A stretch of DNA of 64,000 bases from Octopus vulgaris (GCA_951406725.2 OX597816.1:110298001-110362000), one strand, 5' to 3'. Counted from the first letter of the stretch, positions 26,168-40,753 are shown. Numbers and translations are program-made. Notes: generated by a model from the letters alone, not told the origin.

Positions 26168-26670
26168 TCAGTAGTCTCATTCTTATCACGTGCTTTCACT
26201 GCACTACCGAGTGCAGCTGTGTGTGTCTTGAGTATGTGTAGTGGTTTGTTGTGGTGCTCTTATGTTCACTTCATTCAAAGTCTTTTACGTAGGATGTGTG
26301 CGGTACCTAGTAGTGCTATTTTCTGCATGCTATATATACTACCATGTCCTGGTGATTTTGTATTGTATTTGTTTGAATGTTTTTTTATCAAGCATGATGG
26401 GCCTAATATGTCACAAATAGTTTTGTTTTTTAGGCTCCACATTGAAGTTACCTCTATTTCCAGATCTTTGCGTTTTGAATGTTTCTCCGTTTTGTTTTTA
26501 GAGTAATATTGTCATATGTTGGTATTGATACATCGATTGGAAAGCATTTTTTCTTGGTGATGTGACACCTATATCCTCTGTGTGTATTGGCATATCCCAG
26601 AATACGGTTGCTTTTTCATTTTCTGTGACGATCTCTTGCGTGTACCTATACCAATTTTTTCAGTTGTTAT
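26168..26670 (-). mobile_element. Dong/R4-type LINE 3' end, older copy, next to a (TAA)n tract
   Basis: Diverged homologue of 55437-55960, including the same 3' terminus (ttcagtagt...cgtgctttcact.cactaccgag.gcagct). Confidence 0.8.
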
Positions 26671-27215
26671 TTTTCTATAGAATATGTGCGCAGAAGCACG
26701 TGGAGCGTTGACTAAAAATATCTTCTTTCCTCACAGACTAATAACAGGTAAGGTATATATATTTTTCAAATACTTAAAAAATATTTTTAAAAAATTATTT
26801 TATTGTAATTTATAGTAGGTTTTAGAATGCTTATATTATTTGATTATCATATTGGATATAACTTTCTATGTATATTCCAGAAAATAAGGTTGTGCAGAAA
26901 TAGGAGTTGTGGTTCTAATGGTAAAATCCCAAATTTGTAATAATATTATAAATGATGCTGTGTACTTTGCATTAGTAAAGTGTAAAATAGGAAATGTTTT
27001 GATAAGCTGGAGTACTTATTATTCCCTAAGTTATATATATATATATATATAAGCCTGGTGGAAGAGATGTCTTCCTGGAGCTATAAACGTCAGTAGCACT
27101 GTCCTGTATCGGACGCCACACTTGGTTGGCAATCATATGTTATATATTATATGGTGGCAATTATATGATTCTGTATTGCGAATGTTTACATTTCGCTCAG
27201 AGATTTAAAATAGCC

Positions 27216-27306
<91 letters not shown>

Positions 27307-27313
27307 TATATAT

Positions 27314-27353
<40 letters not shown>

Positions 27354-27364
<11 letters not shown>

Positions 27365-27603
27365 GAGGGCATTATATACATGCCAGAAGGCATTATACAT
27401 ACATGCCAAACGCTAAGAGGGACAATTAGTCATTTCTACCAAAAACATTACTAATCCCACCGAATGCAATTTTTCAAAGTAAGACAATTGCATTCGGTGG
27501 GATTAGTAATATTTTTGGTAGAAATGACTAATTGTCCCTCTTAGCGTTTGGCATGTATGTATAATGCCTTCTGGCATGTATATAATGCCCTCTATATATA
27601 AAT
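27354..27603. repeat. Near-perfect inverted repeat, ~118-bp arms and 14-bp spacer
   Basis: 27354-27471 is the reverse complement of 27486-27603 with one mismatch seen. The left arm abuts (TA)n. Confidence 0.95.
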
Positions 27604-27719
27604 TAATATGTTCAATAAGAAATAATTATTTTCGAAATTTTTTCTCTTATGAGGTTCTTACGCTATCTACCTGACAATTTCTTGTTAAGTTTTCCTTATT
27701 AAGTAGTTGTCCTTAATTG

Positions 27720-27776
<57 letters not shown>

Positions 27777-28377
27777 TATACATACATAAATACATACATA
27801 CATACATACATACATACATACATAGTGTATATATAGAAAAATGTGCTATTGAAAGTGCATAAAATACACCTAAGTTTGAAAAAAACTTGTATTTGATTTT
27901 AAATATATTTACTTACATACAAACCAAAAATGTTTCGACCATATTTTTCGCTTATCAATAGTAAACATTTAAAATTATGAATTAAAAAAATGTTTAAATG
28001 TTTCATTGTTTACAAGTTTCAATAATATGAAATATGATTCAAATGTTCATAACATTAAATAATATAAAAACCGTGGATCATCTTGTTTAAATACACACAA
28101 TTCACTAGTGTTAATATTGATCGATAAGAAATGTGGATCATAAAAAATTTCGGCTATACTGATTTAAGAGGGAGAAAGACAAGGAAGAAATGAAGTTAGT
28201 AAAAATAAGCGTTCGGTTTACAGTTTCTGTGATTCTTTTTCCGTCCTGTGCAGGGGCCTTCGCTTGTAACGGAGTTGTTTTGAATTCGGTGTATTTATAA
28301 ATTTTCTGTTAATAGATCTGACTTTTTATTCATTAAATTACTGGTGATATTTTATTTTTCTGGTGGTATACACATGT

Positions 28378-28417
<40 letters not shown>

Positions 28418-29489
28418 GCACACACACACACACACATATAAATAAATAAGGGTTCCCAAGTATGACCGCAGTGTAATGACTGAAGCAAGTAAAAGCATAT
28501 TAAACAAAGAATGTAACTATAATATTGTTCCTCATAGTTTCGGTGAAGCTGACTATCAAATTCGACCTATCATATATCTAATTTAGGCGTAAAATTGAAA
28601 TTGCCGAATGCCTCTTGAACAGGTTCAGTTATTCCGATACAAGACAATGCTTAGTAATATACATCAAGGAATACTGAGTCCGGTTAGATTAAGCACGTAA
28701 CACGTGTATGCATAATTTGAACTAATATTATTAGTAAAAGCAGTTCACTCATTGTGCCGTTATACATTACATCGCACTCATAAAAACGCTCCTTACTGTG
28801 TGTAAATCATTACAAGAAGACAGATAAATATTTGTTTACCTAAAAGACCTAAAAATAACAAGTAACAGGAAGTATGATGTTATAGATTAAAGATTTATGT
28901 AAAAACGGATTTAAGAAGTCGCTCACCTTTTTTGAAAATGTGTGGTCATGATATTTCTGACAGTCAAATATTATCTATGTAATATTGATCATTGAAAGGG
29001 AAAATGTAGACAAGTTGCTTTCTAATATCATTGGCGATTACCGTGCTAAATCCGGAATTCCGCGCGATAAATAATCTTTGCATTAAGGCAGCCACAGTAA
29101 TGAGTATTTCATTAAGTTTTCCAAGCACCCGGGACCCATTTCGGCTATGTCCATCGTGACCCACTGAATTATTTGCTGAAAATAATTGATTGCAAAAATA
29201 TTTTAAAGTATAAAAAACGAATAGAGTAAAGTTGAGAAACGAATGAACCAAGAGGCAAATAGTTTTATTCAAATCACTGCCGGGTGTCCCTAATGATTAT
29301 CGAATATGTGCATCTTCAACACATATTATTCCTTCTAAATTCCTGAGTCCAATTGCTTCGAAAGGAGAAAATTCTGGTTCAAGTTTGCAAATATTCTAAT
29401 ATAAAATTTATTGTATTATGAACACGAAACTGATTCTTTTTATTGCGTCGTTGATCAAATGGGGATATTATATTAGTCTGTTGTTGTTT

Positions 29490-29722
29490 CGTTCTCGAGC
29501 CATGAGTGCTGGTTTTCCAGTTTCAATGGCATATATATTCCCCGCCAGGATGGGACACCACTTCGTCGAAAGATTGCTAATTTTTACCAGATGAGTGGAC
29601 TGGAGCAATGTGAAATGAAATGTTTTGCTCAAGAACACATCACGTCGCCCGGTCCAGGAATCGAAACCACAATCTTACGATCACGAGTTCAACATCCATA
29701 CCACTATTTCACAAGCTTCCAC
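29490..29722 (-). mobile_element. tRNA-derived SINE, family C
   Basis: Minus-strand head with B box GGTTTCGATTCC, followed by GTGTTCTTGAGCAAAACATTTCATTTCACATTGCTCCAGTCCACTCA. Confidence 0.7.
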
Positions 29723-30639
29723 TTAAATTAGTCTCCTGTATTCGAATATTTATTTCGAATTATTTTACGGAAAGCAGATGTATTTTGAAAACTACAATAG
29801 TATTGTAAGCAATATCAACGACTGCTTTCATTTTTATGCATTTGATACATCAAATCATTTTACTTTAATAGGGTGCAAACAATTGAAAGCCCCAAGGATT
29901 GCACTGTTAAGTGCATCTGAAGAAATATGAATACGTTGAATATTTGTAATGATGCAATGATTTAACTTTGAAGTTAAAACGCCGACTCATTGGAAATTAA
30001 ATTTTTACGTATCAAATGTTAATATCATTTCACTTCAATGAAATGATATTAATCATTTCATAAATATCATTAAAAAAATAAAATAAAAAATAAAAAAATA
30101 AATTAGTTGGTGAAGCTTTACAATTTTGGTGTGATTCCCCATACCTACGCTTGAAATGATTTCATGCACTGGATCAAACAAATGGACAACCCAACCACAA
30201 TTTGCATAAGCAATTTCAAAAGAATGCCTCATTAATTCTCTGGACTCCTCTTATTTAATTGTTACAAATTTAAATTTTTCATGACTCTTTAAAGATTTCT
30301 ACTTCGATGCTTTATTTTATGAATTGAACAGGATTTTTTGTAAAAGGAAATGGAAAATTTACAATGCCCAATCTAAGTGATGTTTTTCATTAAATCTATC
30401 AGTGGTATTTGATTTCACACTGTGAAAAAAAGCTACACCATCAGGGAAATGTGCACAAGTTGGCTCGTGGGTCCCTACTCGTCAAATGTTATTATATTAT
30501 TCAATACGATTCCTTTTTGACGAAAGGTAATTTTTATGAACGAGTACATATTTTAATGTTCGAGTCGTGCACAAAATGTTACTTCTGGGTAAAGGAGAAT
30601 TGAATTCTCATTATTTATGAAGACATTGAATGCAACATT

Positions 30640-31090
30640 CCGTATGACATGATGCGTGAAAACTTAATGCGCGATAAACTTGGAATCATAGAGGAAATTT
30701 GCTTCCAACAAAATGGATTTCCGGCTCATTATGCCATCATTGTACGATATTATCTTAATGACACTTTTCCAGACAAATGGATTTGTCTTAGTTCTGTAAT
30801 ATACCAGCTGCCCATGAAATGGCCGGGAAGAAGTCGGACTTGACAATTTTGTGATAACTCTTTTTGAGGATACATAAACGAATTTGTGTCTAAACAACGT
30901 TATAATCCCAATGATGAATTTAATGCAGCTGTTACTGCGGCATTGGGAAAAATACCCCTTGCTATGTTGCGAGAAATGTCTCACAAGAATATTGTGTTGC
31001 ATAATATCATGCAGCTAGGATGAAGGACAGCACACAAATACACTGGGTACATAACATATATGGATGGGAAAGGACTTTCTGGCTACCCTG
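30640..31090 (+). mobile_element. Tc1/mariner-superfamily (maT/rosa-like) transposon 3' remnant
   Basis: FQQNGFPAHYAIIVRYYLNDTFPDKWI...WPGRS resembles FQQDGAPAH...WI...WPPRSPDL. Ends ACCCTG followed by TA. Confidence 0.7.
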
Positions 31091-32716
31091 TATATAGAAT
31101 ATATCTGGCTCAATAACAAAACCTTTAAAATATTGAATTATCTGGAATGCAATAATTTTAACTAACGAATTAGCAGGCAGGACCGTATCTTAATCAATAA
31201 CGTAAGTGTATGTCCTATTATGACAGGAACATTACTGAAAATCCAAAGTAACACTGTCATGGAACACTGTTTTTTATCCCATGTATGATAAGTTAGAGAT
31301 TGCTATATATAATTTTCATTTGGGATATATACGTAATTATTGAAATCTTACGCCGGAAGACCGCATCAATCCTATTCTGTACCAACCAGTAATGTAGGTA
31401 ATGTAGCTTCTGCGTCATCCTCTGATATTCAAGAAATAGTAGCCAATTCCACGTCATATTACACGTTGCTGGGTTAATGAATAACGTAGGCCTTCTTTTA
31501 CAAAACAAAGGGAGTTTTGAGGCTAGAATGCTTTGTGCATAGACCTGCCACATAAAAAGCATGTGGAAAGAATCAACAATGAAAATAAAGACACTTCCAT
31601 GATGGATGACCGAAAGCTTTATGCAGTTAAATATACCAAGCGTTACAGAATAATCGCAACTGTAAAACACTTGTACACAGCTTCTAAAAACTACTTTTGA
31701 AGGAAAAATATAAACAAATAATCTTATAAGATTGAAGGCTTAGCAATTAGGTATAATTGGCCTTACTCTAGTGTAGAGAATAAAACGTCCTGAGCAATTC
31801 TGCTTTCTATAAACAATTAATAATTTATGAAAGAATGATTCGATACAAAATAGATGAAAACAACGAGCATTTAAAACGGGTGTTTTTATTTAGTAACATA
31901 GGTGTAAAATTATAAGTGTAGTTATAAATAAAAAAATCTCTACCATCCTTATAGTTTCAGTTCCAGGACCAATATCTGAAGTTATAAAAATAATGGACTG
32001 GATTATAACAAACATGTAGTCAATAGACTCTGATACAAAAAATATGTAAGTAAAATCCACGGTCTCTAAATTGTGTGCTCCTTCACAACCGCGGTTGAAA
32101 AAAAGTAGAGTTTAATAGAGCCCGAGTGAGCAATATAAAAAGACAGGTATAATAGAATTCCACAACCTTCATCACACACAAGAAAGCCTGCTACATGCGC
32201 TGTCGATTAAGACCATAGGTATCGTTGCTTGTCGGAAATAATCTACAGATTTATTACGACAAGGGATTAGATTACGTCTCATACAGCTAAAGCAGCCATG
32301 AAAACGGATATAAACTCGATAAATTCTGTTCAAGCAACATCGATATAAAATTATATATAAAGCCATGCACACCACTGAATAGATATTCTATACGTTTATA
32401 GAAAAGAAAATGCACCTCTACTGTGAATGAGCAGATTCTGCCTTGATAGTAAGCATAAGAAACATAATCCGCAGATGCAGAAAGTGCACATCACCAAAAG
32501 ATCTATTGAAAGAAATATATTGAACCTTTACTTTATAGATAACATATATTGACTGCGTGGTGAATTTTGCCAGGCATACCGTATTGTATTAAGATATCTA
32601 TACTGGCGGCAACATAATACATGTGTAGTTGCCGAAACATAGTAAGGCTTAGGTACTGAACTCTGTTTCCTTGAAATCTTTCTGTGATATTCGTAATTTA
32701 GAAAGTGTGAATACAA

Positions 32717-32905
32717 GTGGCTTATTGGCTAGCATATTCGGGTCATGATCGTGAGTTCCATTCTCGGAGTTGTGTTGTGTCTTGGCAAGGGATTCACACT
32801 GAATAACTCTGAAAAGTACACGTGTATGTGAAGTGTTCAACCACTTGCACGTTAATTCCGCCCTGAGACTGTTCCGTTGATCGGATCAACTGTAACCCTC
32901 GCCTT
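32717..32905 (+). mobile_element. Decayed tRNA-derived SINE
   Basis: GTGGCTTATTGGCTAGCATATTCGG..CATGATCGTGAG head and GTTGTGTCTTGGCAAG. Similar to the head of 29490-29722. Confidence 0.5.
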
Positions 32906-33116
32906 CATTACATAAGTTATATTTTATGTTTTATTTCAGAAAGTATTGTTGCAATATTCGTATGCAATTGTGTCATGTGTTTATTTATGTTATATAATTC
33001 TTCGAACAGTAATAAACGCTCAATTATATATAGACCTACGTAGAAAGAATTTTAATGAAAATATTCGTTTTCGAAGTATAATCGAACAACATGAAACGAT
33101 ACGATGGATTAAAATA

Positions 33117-33287
33117 TCAGGCTATCCCATAAGTTCTGTCCGATATTACCTTTTTTAAAACTGAATGAAATTTAATGGTATTTTAGAAAGTCTAATGGAA
33201 TTAAAAATTATTTTTATGCATCCGTGTACATTTAAACTAATTAAATATTATTTTACAGAATAATAGATTTTAAATTTCTTTGATTAA
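33117..33287 (+). mobile_element. Mariner 5' end fragment, same family as 17685-18966
   Basis: TA followed by TCAGGCTATCCCATAAGTTCTGTCCG. Colinear with 17685-17785 and 18215-18275, without the SINE. Confidence 0.85.
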
Positions 33288-33623
33288 TAGATAGGACCAT
33301 TGAATATGACTTAGTGCCCTATCATTAGTTACGCACCATCGTACAATAGTGACAATTCTACATATGATCTTTGCCCTGAAGAGATGTATTATATAATTTT
33401 TCTGCATTAACTTTATAAAAATTTTAATGGGAATTTTACAATGTGATATCGTCACAAACTTCGGAAGGTATTTTGATATTTCAATTCTTAATCATATTTG
33501 TTTTTCGTATGTTATCGAATAAGCATAATATTTCTCAAAAAAGGTTTAATATATTTGATAATTACCTAACTAATCACCTTGACGTAGAGTCCGTATGTTT
33601 CTAATTATCATAACGTAGAATTC

Positions 33624-33655
<32 letters not shown>

Positions 33656-33778
33656 CATACATATATATATATATATATATACATACATATATATATATAT
33701 ACACATATATATATACATATATATATACATATGTATGTATATATGTATGTATATACATATATATATACGATTATATGC

Positions 33779-33839
<61 letters not shown>

Positions 33840-35059
33840 CACACACATATATGCTTATATTTACCAAATGAAATTATTTTAAAATCTTTTATTAAAACAG
33901 TCCGTTATCAGATATGCTATGATTCTAGCACTAAACCATATGAGATGTAGGAATGCTAATTTTAAGTATGTCAATGCAATTATCATCTAAAGTCCCAATA
34001 AATCTTTAAAACTGAGAGATACATTTGTAAAATCTTTATGAAACTAATCATTCATACAGCTTTCATTGAAAATCTAAAGTTTTACGAAGCTTTTTGTTCA
34101 TTACTTGTTATATTTTATGTTATCACTATTAAAATATGTTCGATCACTAAATACTCCGGCATTTTGTTCCTTATGGCTGAATATGTATATTGAATGAGCA
34201 TTAGTCTTTTGCATTATTCACAAGGTGTATCGTAGGCTATAGAGTATACATTATAGTATCTAACATACTTTTAACAACGAACAATGAACTCTAATGCTAG
34301 TTCTCGAATTATAACAGAATTAACATTTCATAGTTGACAAATATGCAAACAGTGCTGGTCAAATCAATGTATTTATATTCCATTGCTGGATGCGTACCTT
34401 TCCAGAAGTTTTCAGCACTGGATACGCTTTGATTAAAATTTCTTATTAATCTTTAGACAATGCAATTTCACAATGGAAAGTTAAACGTAAAGGTGATACT
34501 ACAAATTATACTATAAAAAATTGTATAATTATTTTGAGTGTTAAGTCTGTTCAAGTGTCGGATTAATAACTACATCTAACAACATGCTTAAAAGATACAC
34601 TGGCACTGATTCGAAGGAATTTGAGAATAAATTGTCATGGAATTTATTTAGGTAAATTTCACTTTACTAAGATAATTGACAACCAATAAGCATCATACAC
34701 TTTAAGAAACACAAATTTTGTACACGCACACACACGCACACAAAAAACAACGCGCACACACGTAGATACACCCACGCACGCGCAACGGATATAGTGCGAT
34801 CTATATAATAATGTTTACGTAAAGTTAACATGTATTTAAAACTCTATGAGTGCTCCTTTATCAAGAAAGAAAAATTGAGGAAAACCCGTATTATAGTATA
34901 CGTTCCATTTGGTTGGAATCTAGATATTTATGCTTCTGAGTACAGGTATTTTTTGTTATGGCTTAAGAAACTTTAACGTGAATCACTTGAACAAATTACG
35001 GAGATGTACTTGCCGAGCAAGTGACCTGATCTGAGATCGTGTGCTGGAACGAAAACAAT

Positions 35060-35310
35060 TGCAGCGTGGAAGGAGTTTATAATTCATTTAAGAAATACAC
35101 TAAAACAGCTTGATTCACTTCAACATTTAAACTTAATTTGTCAAAATATTTTGGTCGCTTTGAGACCGCAACCTGTTCACTGACAAAACTTCGTGCTAGG
35201 TCGCGGTCTCAAAGCGACGAAAATATTTTGACAAATTCATTTTAAATGTTGAAGTGAATCTAACGGTTTTTGTGCTTCTTAAATGGCTTATAAACACCTT
35301 CCACGCTGCA
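35060..35310. repeat. Imperfect inverted repeat, ~115-bp arms and 23-bp spacer
   Basis: tgcagcgtggaagg...tttgagaccgcaacct (35060-35174) pairs with aggtcgcggtctcaaa...ccttccacgctgca (35198-35310). Confidence 0.9.
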
Positions 35311-35852
35311 CTTGAATAAATATGTTCTCCAATCAGATAAGAAAATCCTTTTAAGATAATAAGTGGCTTGAAATATCATTCATATCATGGATAAAAGAGA
35401 AATCTCCATCTCATATCACTATAGCAAATCTTTTACATAAATTGACCGATATTTTGTACGTCACACACATTTTCTCGGTGAATATGTCCTTCACTTTTCA
35501 TGCATATTATTGATACCTACTCGGCAAATCACGCTGACCCGTTTTTTTTTATCTTCTGGAAATAACACATACTCAAGCATTTCTTCGTAACTTCTTTCTC
35601 CCTGTTTCCTCCTTACACATACAACATTGATTTACCTTCTATGAAATGTAAAGCAATATTTAGCTTGACATCGCACTTTGCAAAGTGTTAAAGTTACGTT
35701 TCTTACAAGGAAACGACTACGTTTATTATCAGGAAAGGATTACCTTTCTTTCCAGCAATACATGATTCGACTCTTAAGACACTAATCTATAAAGCATAGT
35801 GTAGATACCGGGAAGACAAATGATTCAACACTGAAAAAATAAGGGTCTGTAA

Positions 35853-36053
35853 AATCCTTTCTATAAAAGGTACAAAGCCTGGAATTTGGTTAGACGAGAC
35901 TAAACAATTATATCGACTCCAGTATTTTAATGGTACTTAATTTATCGACTTCGAAAGGATAAAAGACAAAGTCGACCTCAGACCGTAACGACGGGTGAAA
36001 TACTGCCAAGCATTTTGTTCAGCGTGCTAACGATTCTGCTAGCTTGCCGCCTT
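35853..36053 (-). mobile_element. tRNA-derived SINE, family B
   Basis: Minus-strand head AAGGCGGCAAGCTAGCAGAATCGTTAGCACGC and central ttatcgac..cgaaaggat.aaag.caaagtcgacctc block. Confidence 0.8.
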
Positions 36054-37276
36054 AAATAATTTCATTTGGAATATGTCAGTCGATTTTACAGTGTCTTCAG
36101 TGCAAATGTGCCGGATATAGGCGCAGTGGAGTGACTGCCCACTCTAATAGTGTGTTATGTATTTAAAACAAAAAGTTTTGAAGCAAACATCTGTAATGAT
36201 ATCAAAAATATATTGAAAAACAAACAATCATTTTATGAAACGTTATCTGAAATTTAACATGCAGACACATACGCAAGAAAACACCTCCAATACAAATATA
36301 CACGGCATGTAGTTTATATTACTGCTACACACTACAAACATTCGATAAACATTATATTCAATGGAATAGAAAACATAGAATCAAATCGAACTACTAATTC
36401 TACGTAAGATATAAAGGTTTAGGTGCATGTGCAGTGAAAATGTGTGATAACATTAAGACTGTAGAATAACAATAATGAAGGGAATATCTACAGCAGCGAT
36501 ATATTGAGAAATAAAAGTGAGTGTTTGACAACATTGAATACAATACTTTGCCCGTACTTGATTGATAGCATGTATAGGTGACTTAAATATCATAAAGTTG
36601 ATGACTCTGGAACATAATATGCCATATGTAATTACTGTAAGTTATTTTGCTTGCTACTCAAACTATATTGTTAATCAATGTACGTATTATAAAATAACGC
36701 ATAACATATTATTATTGAGGATAGTAAACACTGTGCCTCCGGATAATATTTAATGAAGATAACATCATTCTCTTCATTTTATTATTTACATTAATGCCTA
36801 CAAAGTGAGAAAGTACACAAATATTTTCTTTAAAAAGAGTTTTAATTAAGTGCAATCAGCTTCGGTGATTAAAATATATAATTATGGCAGGAAGTGATAA
36901 TTATCCTGCTCTATGGCGTGGTAACACTCTCTCATTCACCGGTTGTTATTTCTTAGCTACTTAACCAAATGATCCAAAATTTACAGGTGTAACAAACATT
37001 TCTTAGCATACAATGACTGTAAACTATTCATGTTAGTAGTATAAACCTAAACACACAGTGAAGCTCATATACAACATTGTAGGTTATTCTGCCTGTGCAA
37101 CTTTTAGTAAGGCAGATCTGAATCAAAACGTTTACGAAAATATATGCAACCATTCACTGTATACACTGTACTGCTTTCCTACGTTTTCCCACCTACCTGC
37201 ACGATTCTATGTATGCGTATGTGTGTGTGGATTATATATGATTATATGTGTGTATATTTGTATTTGTCTACACACA

Positions 37277-37337
<61 letters not shown>

Positions 37338-39384
37338 TCGAACACAAACACATAAATACAAGCCGAAACACAGAAAAGCCCACCCATGTATATATACATA
37401 CACACACATACACACATTTACTTGTATATATTGAACTATATATATATATATATATATTATATAAATGTGTTGGCGATTATTGAAATATGTCAACTTCCTT
37501 AAAGGCATTCTGTCATATCCACAAAACGTTTAATCGAAGCATTAGACATGGAGGTGTTCCAGTACGACCACAGCTGCAGGGTTGTAACGAGTAAAAGAGC
37601 AATAGAGTATAAGTGTTTATTCTTCAATTTCTCTCACGTGTTGTTTTTTTGTTTTTCTGCCCTTTTCTTGTTGCTCTTACAATATTTGTAGAGCTTGCTA
37701 CTCCTAATATTTCAATAATTCTAAACTCAGTTCTTAGAAACTCTCTGATTTTGCAACAGCTGGTGAATTTCCGGCCATCTATGTTCAAATGTTTTCAACT
37801 ATCCTTTCTTAAAACAACCTTCAGCTCATATCGCAAGACATCCAGGCATTATTTTTATTAATGAAAACTGAATGCGTGTGATGATATTGAAATATAAATT
37901 AATTTATTTTTAAGAAGTATTGTAAGATGCAGGTTCAATCTCCGTATGCAACTTCGATTTAAAGTAATCGACGCAAATCTGTTCTCATTTGGAAAACTTG
38001 GAGTGAAGCGGATGGAAGGAAATAAGTGTTTCCTATTAAATGCTCTATATTATAGAAGGATAATTTCTTAATAAACCCAAATGTTTTCTTCCTTTCCTTT
38101 CTTTGTAATTAGATGTATGCAGCAAGGCTGTATCTTCCATATTTATCACTTGTTTCCGACATTGAATACGTTTTAAAAGTATGCGACACTAAAACACTTT
38201 TAATGTCATAAATAATTTTGAAAATATATAGGAATTTTTAACAAGGTGTTGTAAATATATTCGCTGCTGGCAACTAATATACGATTATACATAGAATATG
38301 ACGTAATATATGCCTGAATGGTTGTACGTACACAAATGATCTGGAATTATAAATTTTAGTTGAGTAAAATGAGATGTGACATTAAATTAATTTTTTTTTT
38401 TGATATTGTTCTTTGAAAGTTTTCATCCTTATGACACTTTTTTTTCTATTGTTTACAACAACACTGTTGTCTGACTTTTCTTTACCAGTGAGTGTCTGAT
38501 ATACATTTGTGTATCAAGACTAGGAAGATAGCATCTCACTCTATAGAATAACTTATACTGGTAACTTATCTAACATGTTAACAAACACCAAATTTAAGTA
38601 GAGAATGCCAGCAAGATTGTTTCTGCAATTTTAGAACACATGAGGAGAAATGTCTCTAAAGATAATAGCGTCCTACAAGTTCATGTCAGATAAACTATTG
38701 ACAAATTTTGAAATGTGCGGTAATCATGGAACACATTAAGAAATTATACTTGAAATGTGTTCTTTCAGGGAAGGCCAAACTATTTTTATTTTATTCCATT
38801 AACAGAAAACATAAATAATATCCGGGAGATTTGGTGACGCTATTTTGAGTTTGATTACTTAAGTTTCTTCAATTTTCTTTAAATACAAGATGGACAGTAT
38901 ACATCACCGGCATAGCAGATGTAACAAAAATATATATTAATGAAAGCTTCCATTTGGTATAGCTCTAAATAAGTAATTAGTGTACATATTTACAGGAAAA
39001 GAGAAAGATTGAGATCGTAAGAAATGCAGCATTCAGTGCGTAAATTATATAAGAATTCAAATGTGTTTGAGAACCTTCTTTCCCAACTTCATTTTCTACT
39101 AAAAATGTAATTTCCTCCGTTAGTGATATTACTTCGGAATATTTTCTAGCTTAGTTTGTAAACGTATCATCCAATCTCCATTTAAACACTTGTTGTTTAC
39201 GCAAACTTTCAGCATCGACTCTTATCTAGCCTTTATAAATATTCAATGATCTTATCTCACCGGTGTATTTTCTTTTTTTTCAACTTCGATTTCTCTTTCC
39301 ATTTCAACTCCTATTTTGTTTAATTTCTTTTCGAATTATCTCATTGGTTATTTCTTATTTATTTACCATATACACTTTACATGG

Positions 39385-39434
<50 letters not shown>

Positions 39435-40064
39435 ACTCAAACAAACACACACACATGGAAATGCATATACGCATTTATATTTATAGAGAGATAGACAAAC
39501 ATGTTTATATATATACGTATATTTCTCTCTATATACGGATATACATACGTACACACACACACACACACACACTCATATATATATATGTATATATACATAC
39601 ATATGCACACACAACCCCACGCGAACATTCATACGCACACCTACATACACACACACACGCACACATACATGCACACACGTACACTCAACTAGACGGACAC
39701 TCACACACGCGCGCACACACACAACATATACATACACGCACACACATACTTCAAACTGTCAGACAAACACCTTTCTACTGACAAATCCTCTACGCACATG
39801 TGAAGAGACACACAGCTTCACAAAGCACCGCCTGCTCCCGTTACCCTGCTGCTTAATTCTTCCTACAACATTAAGTGACACAGACTTCACTCACACATAT
39901 AAACAAACAAATATCACACACACACACACAACACATACACATACATACACACACAATGACTTGCGCGCATGCACATACCAAACCATGCACACACGTACCT
40001 CCTTCTCTTATACTCTCCTGTCTTAGAAATAACTTTTTCTTCACCCATTCCTTCCGGTCATTTC

Positions 40065-40260
40065 ACAATGTAAACACATGTGAATCTTTGGCGATTTTCT
40101 TCCTCCGTCTTCCTTTCAATTGGACTTTCCTCTGTTTTTAAAGAAGATCATTGCTCAAAACGTTAAACCACTTTCTTTCATTCCCTGAGCCTCTGTTAAT
40201 GCTTTACATGTACCATATCCTCATGATGCTATTTTTTGTGCTTGTTCTTCTTTTGGGGAT
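40065..40260 (+). mobile_element. PLE-type terminal repeat, degenerate, ending in (TA)n
   Basis: Diverged reverse-complement homologue of 40750-40950. Decayed hammerhead at 40134-40168 (gttt-ttaaaga-agatcattgctc-aaaacgttaaac). Confidence 0.6.
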
Positions 40261-40266
40261 TTACTA

Positions 40267-40297
<31 letters not shown>

Positions 40298-40680
40298 CAA
40301 CAATAAAGGAACGGCCATAATAGGCCATTCACCCACTAGAAATAACAGCCAAAGCTTCAACCGCAAATAAAAGTTAATTCAGTAAACCAGGAGAAAATTT
40401 AAAAACATTTACCCTGTAATTTCTTATACGATATACCGTTTCATCTGCTGATTAATGGTAAACTAACCTGATTAAATTAAATCAAGCCAATCTTCCACAG
40501 GCTCTCAGATTCATCAGTAAGAAATAGCCCAAGACGGAACAGATATTTTCACGAGGCATTTCCGACGTTGCCAAGTTAATATCTGACCTAAAATTTTCAA
40601 ATCGTCGCACTCGCGCCAAATTTATCGGCAGCAAATAAATATAAGCCGTCGATTCCATTACGGAATTAACCAGAAAATTC

Positions 40681-40715
40681 ATAATTAATCAATATAGGGT
40701 GCCACCCTATATTGA

Positions 40716-40723
<8 letters not shown>
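40681..40723. repeat. Perfect palindrome, 21-bp arms and 1-nt loop
   Basis: ATAATTAATCAATATAGGGTG-C-CACCCTATATTGATTAATTAT, running directly into (TA)n. Confidence 0.95.
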
Positions 40724-40749
<26 letters not shown>

Positions 40750-40753
<4 letters not shown>

